Source of the DNA: Chlorokybus atmophyticus
Taxonomy: Eukaryota > Plantae > Mesostigma and Chlorokybus algae
Length of the DNA: 64,000 nucleotides
NCBI GenBank assembly: GCA_009103225.1
Contig: RHPI01000003.1
Span: 404,900-468,899 of the forward strand
Direction: 5' to 3'
Below are positions 43,391 through 57,326 of the stretch, piece by piece (position 1 is the stretch's first letter; each line of letters opens with the position of its first letter). Below the pieces are notes generated by a model. That model saw nothing but the letters and a program-made list of their open reading frames with translations. It ran no database searches and had not been told where the DNA came from. The translations under genes were made by a program, and so were the position numbers.

Positions 43391-44708
43391 GCTTTCTGGA
43401 ACGAGTAGCGATATGATAAACTGGAGGCCGCCACCGCAAGTACGCGCAAATTGACACGTAACTTCAGGAAATGTGTGGCTTGCTGTGTCATCAAACTCAA
43501 AAGCAACAAACTATATAATGCAACATGACGCAGTAGAACGGGCTTCATGCAGTTGTGCTCTGATATTTGATGTCATAATGTTACCCAGAGCGCCCACTCT
43601 TCCGAAGTGTTAGGGTGAACAATGGATATCCAGGTACCAAGCGTAACTTGATGCGAGCTGGAAGCAAACAGAGAGGAGAAGATTAAGAGAGACACAGCCA
43701 AAGACTGCACATCATGTGACGCTGTAATGTGATGAAACGCCAGCTGTTGCCAGGTCCGTGGTGAGCAATGTCATTGCACAAGGAGACGACGACACAACCA
43801 TGACACATGCGATAACAACATTATTATGTGCTGTTGCAAGTTTGGGTATAAATCGTTTTCCACATGCAACATTCGTCATTGCCATTAGAGTATGATGAGC
43901 CACAAGCATGCAATGCACTCGTGTTTGACGGACATGGAAACTCCCCTTCTTTCAATAATGTTGTACAAAAGTCAGGTACAACCGCAGGATAGGCTTGTTC
44001 TTCTTGCCCGTCATTATGCACAAGGACAGAAACAGTAACTGTCGTTGCACACGCAGAGCAGTCAGGACATGTATTGCCACATTACCAGTGGAAATCAGAG
44101 CAGCTTCTGACCTTGTCCCTTGCAAGCAGGCTTGGTGGCCTTGTCGGACAATTCAAAAGCTCTCTAGACCCTGATGCACTACTTGTCCTTTATTTCAACG
44201 AAGGGCGCCTGGCCATTGTGACAAGTCTTACCACAATAACAGCACACCAATTTATCCAGACACCACATTCTATTTTGCAGCATATCCACAAAATGAATTT
44301 TAAAAGTGCGGGTTATGACAGCATCAGTGCCACTCATGACTGGGTGTGTCATGCACTTACTGACAACCTGATCCTTGTTACTCAGACCAGCATGCATGTT
44401 GAGTGTCAAACCTCCTTCTGGAGCACTGTACGCAAACAGCAATGTCTGCCTGGCACCCACTCAGCGGCAGCAAACCGCAACAATGGTTTGAAAAACTCTA
44501 CCTAACAGTACCATAAGCTGCTCCATAAAACAAGCTACACCTACGAACCATAACAATCACTACACATCCACGTTTGCATCGCCTGGCGTGTCGACAGGCT
44601 TTTTCACTCAGCACCCACGCAGGCTTCCGTTAGCAGGGGGCCAAGCAAGCAGAGCAACATGTTTCTGCCTCAAATGCTTGGTTGATGAGTGGACACACCA
44701 TGCGCGCC

Positions 44709-47700
44709 CTACCACATCTCGTCATCACCGACCTTCTTCCAACCGCCGGAGCCACTCCTCGACTTGGGAGGCGTCCGGTCGGGGTACCCGCGGTCTTGTC
44801 TGCCTGCGATGCGGGTGGTGTCTCTGGGCTGAATTGAGGCGCTGTAGCCTCTCCTGTCGCCTGCCCCACCGCCGCCACCATAACCAAACCGCTCACCGTA
44901 GCCGCCGCTGCGCTCCCTTGAGGGGGCAGGAGAGTACGCGCGGTCTGAGTAGCCACCACCACCGCCCCGACCGCCCCCGCGGCCTCCCCCATAACCCCTG
45001 TCCCTGCCGCCGTCCCTGCGGCCGCCATCCCTGTCGCCCGTGCGGATGCGCATTCGTGAGCTGCTTCCCGGCTCGTCCAGCAGGCGCGGCAGCGTCTTAG
45101 GGACGTCAAACTGATGCTTCTCGTTGCTGCTAGCGAGGATCTGCAAGAAACAGGCAATGTGTGAGCCATGTGCCTCACGCGCTGCACCCAACATTGCACA
45201 CCGTGTGCTGACAGGTTGTCGTCCAACAACAGCACACACTCACCTGATCCACATATATTTTGGGCACGTCAAAGACTGCGCCCTCAGGCTCCCTCTCGCC
45301 AAACAACTTGATCTTGCCTATCCGCTCAGCGCCGTCGGGAACATACCTTGCAACCATGAGCATGACAGACCTGCAAGGGAACGCCAATCAGTAACCAACA
45401 CACCATAACATGTTACTGAGTGCATCCTGTAGACATGCTGGCACAGACTTTACCTGGGTGTCAACGCCAGTCCACCGAAGCTACGACCGGTCTTGCTTGC
45501 ACGCTCCACTACCCTGATGGTAACCATGCCTTCCTCGCATGAGAGCAACGACCGAGGCTGCGGCGGCTCCTTGAAACCGCTAAGGTATGCCAAGGCCGCA
45601 GCGAGCGCAGTCTCTGCACCCTGCTGCTCCACCAACCGAGCAGCAGCGGGCAGGAAATACTCATGCAAAGATGGATTCACCTGCCCAAGTGGTTGCCAAG
45701 CTTAGCATCATCTGTAGCATGTTTGAACATCAACCATGTGTTGTAAGCCCATCAACTCAACTGACCTTGCCAAGCATATCCACAGCCTGATCCGCAGCAG
45801 CTGCCAGCACATCTGAAGGCTGCGGCGCTGAGAGCCTCTCAAACTTGACACCTGCTGCCTTTTCAAGCTCCCTGATGGTACCCGCCTGGCAAAGACAATC
45901 ATTGACATTATTCACAACAAACTAACGACAGACCGCTGTTGCCGACAAGAACAAACCAAAGACACGACACTCTAGACACCGCAAAGAATTACCTCCTTAT
46001 CTGAGTGAAGTGCGATGGCAATGCCCTGCTTGCCAGCGCGGCCTGTGCGGCCTGACCGATGCAAGAAGCTCTCTGTCTGGTCCGGCAATTCGTAATGCAC
46101 CACCAAGTCTACATCAGAGATATCCAACCCGCGAGACGCAACATCCGTGGCAACCAGGACACTGAACCGGTTCTGCACCCCAACACAAAAGCAATGAGGA
46201 GATTGGCCACATAGATGATATGTGCCTCAAAGGTTAATGTTTGCAGGTCAACTAAAACAATGGTTAAGCAGGTCAACGTCATCATTCGCACCAAACCATA
46301 CCTGAACCATGCCAGTGCCGCGCATATGGGTTATGCGCTTGATGCAACACAAACACACTTGCTACACAAACATAGTGCGTGCATACCTCACGGAATCCGG
46401 CAAGAGTTTTTTCTCGTTGCGTCTGCGTGATATCTCCATGAAGTGCTTCGCAGCCCACAGACTTGGACAAAGCGACTGAAAGGTCATCAACCTCGCGCTT
46501 GGTCTGGGCAAAAACAATGGTCTTCGCACCGCGGCCATACACAGTAATCAGGTCCAGGAGCAATGACCGGCGTCCTTGCCACGTACTTTTGATGGCAATC
46601 AACCTGACACCCTCTGCAACCTTGATTTCCTGGTTGCCAACCTACAAACCAGTCCACATGTAAACAACACATGCAATGTGAGCCAGATGCAAGTGCAACT
46701 TGTGAGCTTGCATCGCATGCCCATCAGAGCTGATCTGGGCATACAACAGAGCTGAAGCAGAAAACACATACCAGGTCAATGTTCACAGGTTTCTTTAAGT
46801 ACTTGCGAGCCAATCTTTGCACCCATGTAGGCATGGTTGCAGAGAACAACATGGTCTGCCTTTCATTGGGGACAGACTCAAGAATCTTTTCAACATCTTC
46901 TTCAAAGCCGACTGCGAGCATCTGATCTGCCTCATCCAGGATGACGAAGCCAATCTGCATGCATGCAGTATAAGCAAGCAGCCTTTGGTGTTCATGTCAA
47001 GACCATACAACTGAATTGCTCACCTCACTAAGATCTAACCACTTGCGCTCCATCAGATCCATGATACGTCCAGGGGTGCCGACCACAACATCAACACCTT
47101 TGTTGAGTTGTTGTTCCTGTCAGAGCAGCAGGTAAGCACAGCAGATAGAACGCACAGCTGTGACTAAAAACAGTTGGGTGGCAGTTTACAGGAATGTCCA
47201 CTAGCTAACAGGAATGTGCGCAGCGTACCTGCCCACGGATGGACACACCGCCATATACACAAGCAGTAGATAGAGATGGCGCTGTCTCATTCAGCTCTCG
47301 CTCTACTTGCTTGGCAAGCTCGCGAGTTGGAGCAAGCACCAAGCATTTCGGATTCCTTCCTCTGAAGCCACGCCCAGTCAATACGTAATGCAATTGCCAA
47401 TGCGGATAGAGCACACATAACGGCATGTTCACCGTACCTGCCACCCAGTGTTCCCTCATCCTTCATGTGCATGAGTTGCTGTATGACAGGAATGCCAAAA
47501 GCAAGTGTCTTCCCTGTGCCCGTGCGAGCACGAGCTATCAAGTCGTTCCCAGCAAGTGCAGGCTGCATGACAGCTACCTGCAGGGGCAATTGACTTGTCA
47601 GGCGCTGAAATTTTTGAGACAAGCAAGTGGCAAGTACTGCATGATAACTGAGCTCATGCAGCACATACTTGCACTGGGAACAGTGATTGAATCCCGCGCT

Positions 47701-48254
47701 TTCTCAAGGCAGTAGTAATGGCTGAATGGAGCCCAAAATTGGAAACGTCGTGCTCATGTGGAGCGTCGGCGGCATCCTCAGCTTCGGAGGACTGTCAACA
47801 AACGAGCCGAAGCCTTGAGCACACCGATATCAATTGCATTGCATTGAAAATACAAAAACTCGAGTGTTTGTAAGGAGCATGTGATTGGTAATTGAAGCAA
47901 GCTGCAAGCCACTGAGTACGAAAGCAATTGTACCTGAGGAGAGTCTTCGCTGTCATCCAAACTCATGGCAGCAGCTTGCTCAAGGCGGTAGCGGAGCTCC
48001 TCAGGGTCTTCAATGGCAGCGGCAGCATCCGCGTGCACAGAGCGGGCGAGGACGGCAGCTGGTCCCTTGAAGCTGAGGCGGTGGGAGACCGACACGCCAT
48101 GGGCGGCAGAGCGACGGGCGAGAGGGAGGGGCAGGGGACGACCAGCAATAGAGCCTCGAAGAACACTCGCGACACCTCGGGGAGCCACCACCTCTGCCGC
48201 AACAGCGGCGGAGGCTACCGCCCTGGCTGCCGCTGTCGCCGCCATTGACGCCAT
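44709..48254 (-). CDS. Organelle-targeted DEAD-box RNA helicase, RH3/RH9/RH53 (DDX21-like) with GUCT domain and RGG tail
   Basis: [114 protein letters not shown]-rich C-tail and an N-terminal transit-like peptide. Confidence 0.93.
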
Positions 48255-49516
48255 GACGGTGACCACACGGCGCCCTGAACTCCCGGCGACTGACGACGCC
48301 ACGATTGACAACCACCCACCGCACCCCTACCTCAACAATCACAACCCCGCCGCCGCTCACAACGCCGCCGCCGTGCAACCTGAACCCGCCGCCGCCGCCG
48401 CCGCCGCCGCTTGCACTAACGTTAGCACGTTGCTGTTGATGCATGCCCCTTGGCTACGTCAGGCTTCCAGCTGCCAACTCGGCTGGGAAGCCAAAGCTAG
48501 CCACCTCGCCTCAGAAGCGGCCTTACCAGCCTCCGTCACTCAAACCGTCAACGTGTTAACCGCCGACCTGGTTTCAAGAGCTGCATTGCAGTTCAGACTG
48601 TCTTTCCCAGGCCTGAACCAGGTTTTGTGTCGCATTCTGCTTGACGTTCAACAGTTAAACTTCAAATGGCGTCCCTGGTTAGGTATTGACTGTTACTAAC
48701 CGGGTAGCCGGGTCTTAGCGCGAGCCGCGGTGTACCGGCGCGGCAAAAAGGTGTGTAAAGGGGGCCAAAACGGCTGGCGCTGGCCGGCGCTCGTCGCGTG
48801 ACAAGCAGCTGAAACGTAAGTATCTAACCGGACAAGTCCGTCGAAATTAAATCACGAGCGTAGGCAGCCACGTCGGCAGCCGAGTGACGGTCTGTAAAGG
48901 GTGGGCACAACAAGTGCCCACCCTGCGCACAGGCGCACAAGAGCAAAAGAGCACAAGCGTCAAATTAGGGTTCCCAACCAACTCATGCGTCATGTGACTT
49001 GTATGTGTATGCTTACACGCGTGGAAGCTTGGAGCTCTGAGCTTGCGTCAAACCAGGGGCTTGTTGACGCAAAGCTGCTTGCTGCTGCTGAAACTGGATG
49101 AAGCATTTGCAGTGTCGAATTTGAAGGCAGGGGCCAACCTGTGCAGTGCCGCCCTGTGCTGCTTTTTGGAACTGTAAGCTTTGCACTGTAAGCTTCAACT
49201 TGAATTTGCAGCTTGCGCTGTTGATAGTAGGCTTGTAAGATATAAGCTGGAATGTACGCTCCCCAAACTTGTGTCACCACTCGCTTGCTTGCTTGCTTTA
49301 CAGAATCCAAATCATCATGCGAGCCTTAGCTGGTCACATTCTGGTTCACACTGCGTTGGTCATAAACTAGCTGTTGCCTGGCTAGTGCGAATTGTGGTGC
49401 CAGAGGTGGGCTGTTGATTGGCACTAGCACAGTCTTTTGGATACGCTGAGTGACACGCGCAATGTACGCGCAGGTGCTGTTGTTGTGAGCTGGTGTGAGC
49501 TTCCAGCAAGCTGCAA

Positions 49517-51590
49517 ATGAGGGACGGTGACTCGGACTTCGAGTTTGGAGATGAGGTGTACTGTGCAGTTGCACATTGATTGATTGTATATTGTCTTACA
49601 TTCAACAGTATAGGTGGTTGGTATTTTGCTTGACACAGTAGTGAGATGGGAAGTCGCTGACAGCTCATTCTTGGCAGTACTCTGATGGCGACAGCCTTAG
49701 CCCACCGCCGCACTCAGGGCCCTCTGCAACTCAGGTAACTTACTATGTGACCCGCAATGCATTGCTTCGCTGGTTTCATCGGGTGTTCTGACGTTTGCAC
49801 TGCACAATTATCGCGATTGAGCTAGCACATGGGTCCTTACAGCAAACTGACATTTTCCTCTTTCCTGCTATATTGCTGTTGCATGTGCAAATCTGCATTG
49901 CCAAGTCATACACTCACTCATGGATGGATCAAGTGGGTGGATATCAACATTCATGCTGATACGGTTTGTCGCATTAGGCCCGAGTTGTGAAGAACCAGCC
50001 ACATGATGAGGAGATTCCCCTCACCGATGATGATGATGACGACGTGGACGATGACCACCTCGGCGCAGCAGCAGACCGCAGGCACAGAGGTATGCTTATC
50101 GACCCTCATGACAGGAACCCTGCTGCAGTGTGGACTCATCCCAGACCACAACACCACGAAATGGTTGACAGGCGACTCGCCTCCTCCTCATCACGGAATG
50201 TCTGATCCGGACGACACAGACTATGATGACAACAGCATGGAGATACCTGGACCACCACAGGTATTGTAATGGGCAGAACTCATGTTCGCTGCACATCGAC
50301 CTTACCATTGCGTTTGCACAACACTGCTTTCCACAATATTTTTCCAAGTACTGAAATGACATGCTTGTCTTTGTAGCCTGCAGTGCAAACGTATAGCAGA
50401 GAACCTCCAAAGCGGCCTCCCAGGTACTCTTGGCAAGTTTCTGTTGATTGCAATGCTTCTGTGCCATGGCACGAATAGCGTCTATAAGGTTTTGTTTGCT
50501 TTGTAGCAGCGCAGGGGCTGCTGGTGGAGGTGTTGCCCGGGAGCCCAGCGCTGTCAGCATGCAGCTTCAACAGCAAGCCAAGGGTGGCAGTGGCGGAAGC
50601 AGTGACGATGGCAGAGGGGATGCCGGCGGCAGCGGCAGTGGGGCCAGAAGTTACAATGCTGCAGATTTTGAGCATCTGCAGGTAATGACTGTTTGCTGAT
50701 GCTAAGTGCTTCCGCACAAGCCTTCACAAGCTGTTATACATACGCAGAGACACACACACGCATATGCAGGCGTACTCACGCGCATACACACATGCTGTGC
50801 CTTGCAAACAGGTGTCTGATGAGGTTCGGGAGGTATTTGCTCTCATAGGACGGTACCGGCCCCGGCCGCTGGAGCTGGAACCCCGACTGAAGCCGTTCAT
50901 CCCAGACTATGTGCCAGCTGTCGGGGACGTAGACCCGTTTCTGAAGCCCCCCAGGCCAGATGGCAAGCAGGACTTCCTTGGCCTTAAGGTGTTGGACGAG
51001 CCCGCTGCACGACAAAGCGATCCCGCAGTTCTGCAGCTCCAACTGAGGGCCGTCTCAAAGCAATCCAACATGCAGCCAGTCACAGTAAGTGCAGCTGAGA
51101 CACATATGTACTGGTGCTTCTTCGCTTCACTCTCACACTTGTGTTCATTGTATAGGTACCGTCCATTGAAAATGCTGAGCGCAACCCGCGCAAGATTGCT
51201 GATTGGATAGCCAGCATTGGAGAGCTGCACCGGTCTCACCCGCCACCTCAAGCGCGATACAAGAAGCCGTTTCCAGATATTGAGCAGCTCATGCAGGTGC
51301 AAGCCATGTGAAAACAGGCTGTTTTGTGGATGGAATGGGTATGTAGCTATGTCACTCATGAGCGCGTATTCCATTGGTAGGAATGGCCACCAGAAATGGA
51401 GGACCTTCTATCCACAGTGCGGTTGCCAACTGCCGACTTGAGCTTAGACACCGAAGCATTTGCCAAAATTGTTTGTACTATACTCGACATCCCCGTGTAC
51501 AGCAACCTGGTGGACTCGCTGCACGTGCTCTTCTCCCTGTACGTAGAGTTCAAAAGCAACCCACACTTTGCCATGGCAGGCGGCTTTTGA
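49517..51590 (+). CDS. IFT46: Intraflagellar transport complex B protein 46
   Basis: VVKNQPHDEEI, YNAADFEHLQ|VSDEVREVF, LKPFIPDYVPAVGDVDPFLKPPRPDG, LGLKVLDEPAARQSDPAVLQLQLR, PDIEQLMQ|EWPPEME, LDIPVY..LVDSLHVLFSLYVEFKSNPHF; stop at 51590. Confidence 0.95.
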
Positions 51591-53227
51591 ATGTTACGAG
51601 TAACGAGAAGCCCACAAGGCTGCTCCAAGTGCATGAACACACATCAAGTGACTGGCAGGGCAGCAGCATAATTGCTAGACCTTCACTCTAGGGTTCTGGC
51701 GACCTGTCAGGCGGCACTGTTCTTGGCAATACAGCACACCTTCACCTCTTGTGTAATCACGAACTTCATGCAGACCAGGTAGGCAACCTCGTGTGTGACG
51801 CACAGCAGGCGCAGGTGATGGGGCTGCATCTCAACAGTACTTGATCCAAAGCGACAAAGGCGAATCACAAACCGTTGGAAGTGTACATACAATGTGGTGT
51901 ATGAAGGCACATGCAATGGCGAGGCGCTGTGCTTTGGCGTTTCATTACAAGTGGCGCGTGTTGCTGAGGGGCCCACACTACAGACGTTGATTGCTAACTG
52001 CTATGAACAACACTAACTTGCCCGTGCTGCCCCACCGAGCCCCAACCTAGCCTCCACCCCGCTCTCGTCCCATTCACTGCTCTATGCTACTGCTCTCTGT
52101 CATGGTTTGCGTCAGTCAATTGCCAGTGTAGAAAATATGCAATGCTGTGCATGTGACTCACCATTGCACGGCCCTTGCAACATTCGCCAGCACAAGCACA
52201 GTCCAACATGGCAGCGACTTATTTCACCACCGGGCTGCCTATACAACCTAGGTAGCTAGCTTCGCTATTGCCCTTACCCCGTTGGTCAACATGCATGCAT
52301 CATCAACTGCGACACCGCCAGTAGCATCAGCCTTGCACCCACGGATGTCAACGATCACCACGACCAGCAGACCAGGCTCCCCTCGCCACCGCTCTCCCAC
52401 ACCGCCACCACCGCCAGTGCTGCTGTTGCGGCTGCCGACTGAATGCTTAGGGTTTCGTCAGTTGTACCACTCACACGCACGGTGGCATGCACGGCTCAAA
52501 CTCCCTGCATGGATGCGTTCATGTGTCCCTGACTGGTAGTGGTCATAAGTATACAGGATATGTGAAGTGCTGTGTGGCGCACGCATGCAAATCAATGCAC
52601 ACAACCGCACTACATCATCATCTCTATGCAAGGGTCCTTGCCTATGCAATGATCATGCAAGCAGTATGATTAGCACACAGCATGCATGCAATCGCTGTCA
52701 TCAAGTAGTTCACCACCGGGCTGACCTACTCTACCTTCACTACCGCTGCTACTAAAACCACCACGCCATTAGACATGCAAGCATACGGTATCATAGGCAT
52801 GCATAGAAAACATACGTAGCGGGCAAACCAACTAAGGCAAGTCAAGCAAATAAGACACAAACTAGCCAGGGGTTATAGCTCACCAACGGTACTATACAAC
52901 CCTTCTACCTCCGTGAATGCGTAGCATGCGTATACTCAAAAACTACCTGCACCACGTGCAGCTGTACTGGGTAGCAGATGGGCATGCTTGCTTGGACATC
53001 TTACGCTAGCAGTCCAGCCATTAAGAGCAAGCAGTCGCAAGCAACTACTGTACAAAAGAAGCGATATCTACAACATCGTCTGGATACCTGGCATTGTTTT
53101 GTTCCCCTTGTTGTGCAACTTGCAGTTAGTCTCGCTTAATGATAAATGATGCCTGGCCTGTACAGTGTAGTCTAGCAAAAACGCGAACCTGCGCAAACCA
53201 TGCAGACACCAACCTATGACTGCCAGT

Positions 53228-55756
53228 CTACGACAGCTCCTTCAGGAAATCCTCGTTGTCAACAAACACCTGGTGCATGACATATGTCAGAGATGTTGCT
53301 TGTAAAGACCACTTGTATACGTAAAGACAGCCAAAATTCTGTGACAGTGACCAGCTATGCACTCACAACTGCTGTGCTGCTACGCACTCTGGATCGCTGT
53401 CTTTACTGAATCAATATGTGAGTGAACCATCTGATACGCTAATGCAAATTTGACTTGAGATTGACATACCAAGCCCCCCCTCCCCCCCAACCCCACCTCA
53501 CCCACCCACCCACCACCACCCCACACACATCGCCAAAGACATGCAAGCACACAACTTGTCCCAGACACTCACCGTCTTCCAGCCATCGGGGTCAACGACA
53601 GCGGTGATCTTGGTGCCGAGCCCGGGCAATGGTCCGGCCTCTCGGATGACTTTGCCCATTCCGGACGCCTTCACTGCCTCCGCTGTCTTGTACACGTCCT
53701 GAGTCGACAATGCTATCTGCACCCACACACAGCATGTAAAGATGAGTCTTTGAAGAGGCGCAACCCACGGGCAAACACACACGTCTGAAATGTAGCTTTG
53801 CATATGCACTTTAGTATGCAAGTTGGACTGCTATATTCAGCACTTTGCTCAGACAAATAACGACTATATGCGTATGGCAGTCAGCCATATGAGTGGCAGG
53901 CAAGGCAAGTGACTGTTGTACTCACCTGCGCATAAGCCGTGCCCTTGGTGTACTCAGTTACACCGTAGTTGTATGTGAGTTCGAGCACGGTGTTCTCCTT
54001 TTCGGGACCGTATCCCAGCATGGCTATGGTGTACTGTACCACGCCACAAACAGAGTTACACAACCTGTATGAGGCCAAGCCACAGGGGAGGCAATGACCA
54101 ACACACCTTGTACTCAGGCACATCCCTCGTGCGCAAGAGCTGCATACCAAAAACCTGTGCACAACAATTCACGACACCCACAATAGTCAGTTGCTTGTAA
54201 AGGAAGGAATAGCAGAGATGTGTCTAAAGACTGAGGACAACAACAACGTAGCGTCAGCGTAGCCACCTTTGTGTAAAAGTCGATTGACCGCTCCAAGTCC
54301 CCAACCCTCAGCATGACTTGGCAAAGGGGTTCGGGAGTTGATGGCCTTTGGAGCAGCTCAAACTGGTAGCCGGTTGGATCCTGACTCAACAACACAAGAA
54401 GCTCAGTGCCCATGTAATGCATGCATGCATGCATGCGCTAAGGCTGGGGATACTCAAAGCTACTCGAACCCAACCTCTACGAATGCGATGACTGTCTGGC
54501 CGCCCTTCACGGGTCCCGGCTCGCGCTTCACTTTGCCAATGCCGGTTGCTCGAACCTTCTCGACAAGGGCAGCAACCTGAAAACATCCAGTATGCCTTGG
54601 GTTGACACTGTCTCACATGCGTACATACATGCATGCTCCCGGAAACAACTTCTGGGAGAGGAATTTGCACACACGTCATCCATAACTTGATGTGTATACA
54701 TGTATGCCACACTCGACCAGATATCCCGCACAGTTACCATACACATACACCAAAACCACTTGTGGGGTGCAGCGTACCACTCACTAGGCGAAATGCAAGC
54801 AAAGGCCTTACGTCAGGGGTGGCGATGCCGAAGTGACCGAATCCGGTGCCAATGTCGTACGAGTCCACATCATAGTTTTTGGTCAACTCGACCGCAAAGT
54901 TTTCCCGCTCGTCTCCGTATGCATAGAAGGCATTGCTGCATGCGGCGGGGATAACTCCATGCATACATGCAAGAGGCACTGGGCTGAGAGTCACATGCTG
55001 TGCACTTCTACTTACATGTACTTCTCGTCGGCGATGTCGCGGTACCGCGTCTGCTTCATGCCCAGCGCTTCATAGAACTTGCCAGTCTTCTCCAAGTCAC
55101 CAACCTGCGACAGTCACGAGCGTGCAACCCAGAGATGTGCAGTAAGCACACTTATAACCAATCAGCCAAAGCACGCTACAATGCACGCATGCATGCTTGA
55201 CTGCAAGCCTCAATGCTATGCACTGAAGACATGTACTGACAAAGAACAATGACAAAGAACAATTGCCAGGGCGTGTGTGCAACAAGCATGCATGCGTGCA
55301 TGTTTGACTGAATGAAGCTGATAGTGTGCTCTCAACCTGCAATGCACTTGACAAAACTACGCTTCTCTTGTTATCTTGTTAGCTTACAAGTCTGCTGTTG
55401 TTGCACGCAATGCTTCAAACAAGGCACATTGCGCAACCAACACCTCCATGATCACCCGACCGCATAATGTTGCTCACCCTGTACACAACGTGCAGGAACC
55501 GGCGCGTGTCCTGCTTCGGCCAGTCGGCGATGGCAGTGTCCATGTCGCTGGCGCTGGAGGCCAGGACCACCTGCTGCTGGCCGGCCCTGATCACGGCGGG
55601 CGGCAGGCGCGCGGCGGCGAAGCCACGGGCGGCGCTGCGTGGCAGGCTACGGCGGGGGCCGAGCGCAAGGCCTCCGCAGGCCCTCTGAGATGACGATGAC
55701 AGCCGCAACGGCGACGCTGCCGACCACACCGCCGACGCTACCAACGCCGCTGCCAT
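53228..55756 (-). CDS. GLX1: Glyoxalase I (lactoylglutathione lyase), plant two-domain Ni2+-type, plastid transit peptide
   Basis: RRFLHVVYR|VGDLEKT, IGTGFGHFGIA, FVE|DPTGYQFELLQR..PEPLCQVMLRVGDLERSI, YTIAMLGYGPEKENTVLELTYNYGVTEYTKG, KITAVVDPDGWKT|VFVDNEDFLKELS*. Confidence 0.96.
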
Positions 55757-56250
55757 TACTGCTGCCGTCAACGCAACCCTTAATACAAGGCAATGCAAGG
55801 AGCACTCCACCTCTGAGCAAGCAGCAACGAATAATGCCACTGAGCAACACCAAGGCGTTAGAAGACAGCCTTACCAACTTGGCAGCAATGCACACACCCC
55901 CTCCTCCTGCTCCTCCTGCTCCGCTGCCTCCGCCGCTTGCAGGACGGGCGCAGACTGTGCCACGTGGAAAGGTGGGATTTGTCCTGTGTTCGTTAGCAGC
56001 AGCTGTGACAGAGATCTGGCGGGAATGCTTGTAGGCAGCCTAGAGGAAGATTCCTCCCGCGCTTTACAGTCTACCCTCGCTATAAAAGTACACTGCTTTT
56101 GAATCTGATCATTCTTACAATTCATAAAGGCATATACAGTATAGCGAGGTAATGCGTCATGATGTATCGTATTCTAACTCAGCATACCGTCAACTTTTAT
56201 AAGCAATTGCCATCACTGTAACTCATTTGCTGCGTAGTCATTACGTATAC

Positions 56251-56270
56251 ATATATATATATATATATAT
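56251..56270. repeat. (AT)10 microsatellite
   Basis: Direct read. Confidence 0.9.
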
Positions 56271-56459
56271 TACAAACACCGTATCCACTAAATTCGCTAA
56301 ATTGAAACTAAGCTGGTTTATTCAACCTATATGCGTACACTCAACTTCATCTATATCTTCATACATACATCACGTGAATATTCTGTACACTATGGCATCA
56401 TTGAATGTACTACCAAAAAACCTTTTTGCAGGGAAAGGGAGGGGGGGGGGGGGGGGGGG

Positions 56460-56870
56460 NNNNNNNNNNNNNNNNNNNNNNNNNNNNNNNNNNNNNNNNN
56501 NNNNNNNNNNNNNNNNNNNNNNNNNNNNNNNNNNNNNNNNNNNNNNNNNNNNNNNNNNNNNNNNNNNNNNNNNNNNNNNNNNNNNNNNNNNNNNNNNNNN
56601 NNNNNNNNNNNNNNNNNNNNNNNNNNNNNNNNNNNNNNNNNNNNNNNNNNNNNNNNNNNNNNNNNNNNNNNNNNNNNNNNNNNNNNNNNNNNNNNNNNNN
56701 NNNNNNNNNNNNNNNNNNNNNNNNNNNNNNNNNNNNNNNNNNNNNNNNNNNNNNNNNNNNNNNNNNNNNNNNNNNNNNNNNNNNNNNNNNNNNNNNNNNN
56801 NNNNNNNNNNNNNNNNNNNNNNNNNNNNNNNNNNNNNNNNNNNNNNNNNNNNNNNNNNNNNNNNNNNNNN
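56460..56870. other. Assembly gap (N run) flanked by poly-G
   Basis: 411 N with G runs on both sides. Confidence 0.99.
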
Positions 56871-57326
56871 NGGGAGGGGGGGGGGGGGGTCGACTTGTTG
56901 GAAAGCTACTTGAAAAAGCAGCAACCGTTTTGCAACATAAATACCTGTAGAGGCATCTCAATGACCCAAGAACGATTTTGTGCATTGCAGAGTTTTGCAC
57001 GAACTCAGCGAGCGATCTGGGGCAAAGGACACAACAGTACATAGGTAGGAGGGGTCATAATACTTCAGGGTTGACTACTACAAAGTCCCAAAACCAAGTG
57101 GGATACACATACGGGATAATAGATAGGCAGTTATAGCTAGGTAGGGTTTGCTTTTTGTAACCGGCCAAGCTAGTGTGCCCCACGAGAAAACCACGTATGG
57201 TGCAGATCAGACCTTTGTTGCGGGCTGTGCTGCACCAGACTCCAACATATTCCTACAGCATCAAACTGTACAGCACTGCACTCAGTACAATAAGCCCCGT
57301 TGCCCCCCACAACCACAAAATCAATG

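Noticed and set aside
43700-44505. Short ORFs between LSM6 and the helicase
   Set aside because: No recognisable motif or consistent exon chain; likely convergent 3' UTRs.
46200-46290. AUGAUGA C-box-like word in a helicase intron
   Set aside because: No CUGA D box or terminal stem at a suitable distance.
48010-48699. Long plus-strand ORFs over the helicase 5' end
   Set aside because: Antisense shadows of a GC-rich exon and leader.
56227-57044. Long ORFs spanning the N run
   Set aside because: Artefacts of translating Ns and poly-G.
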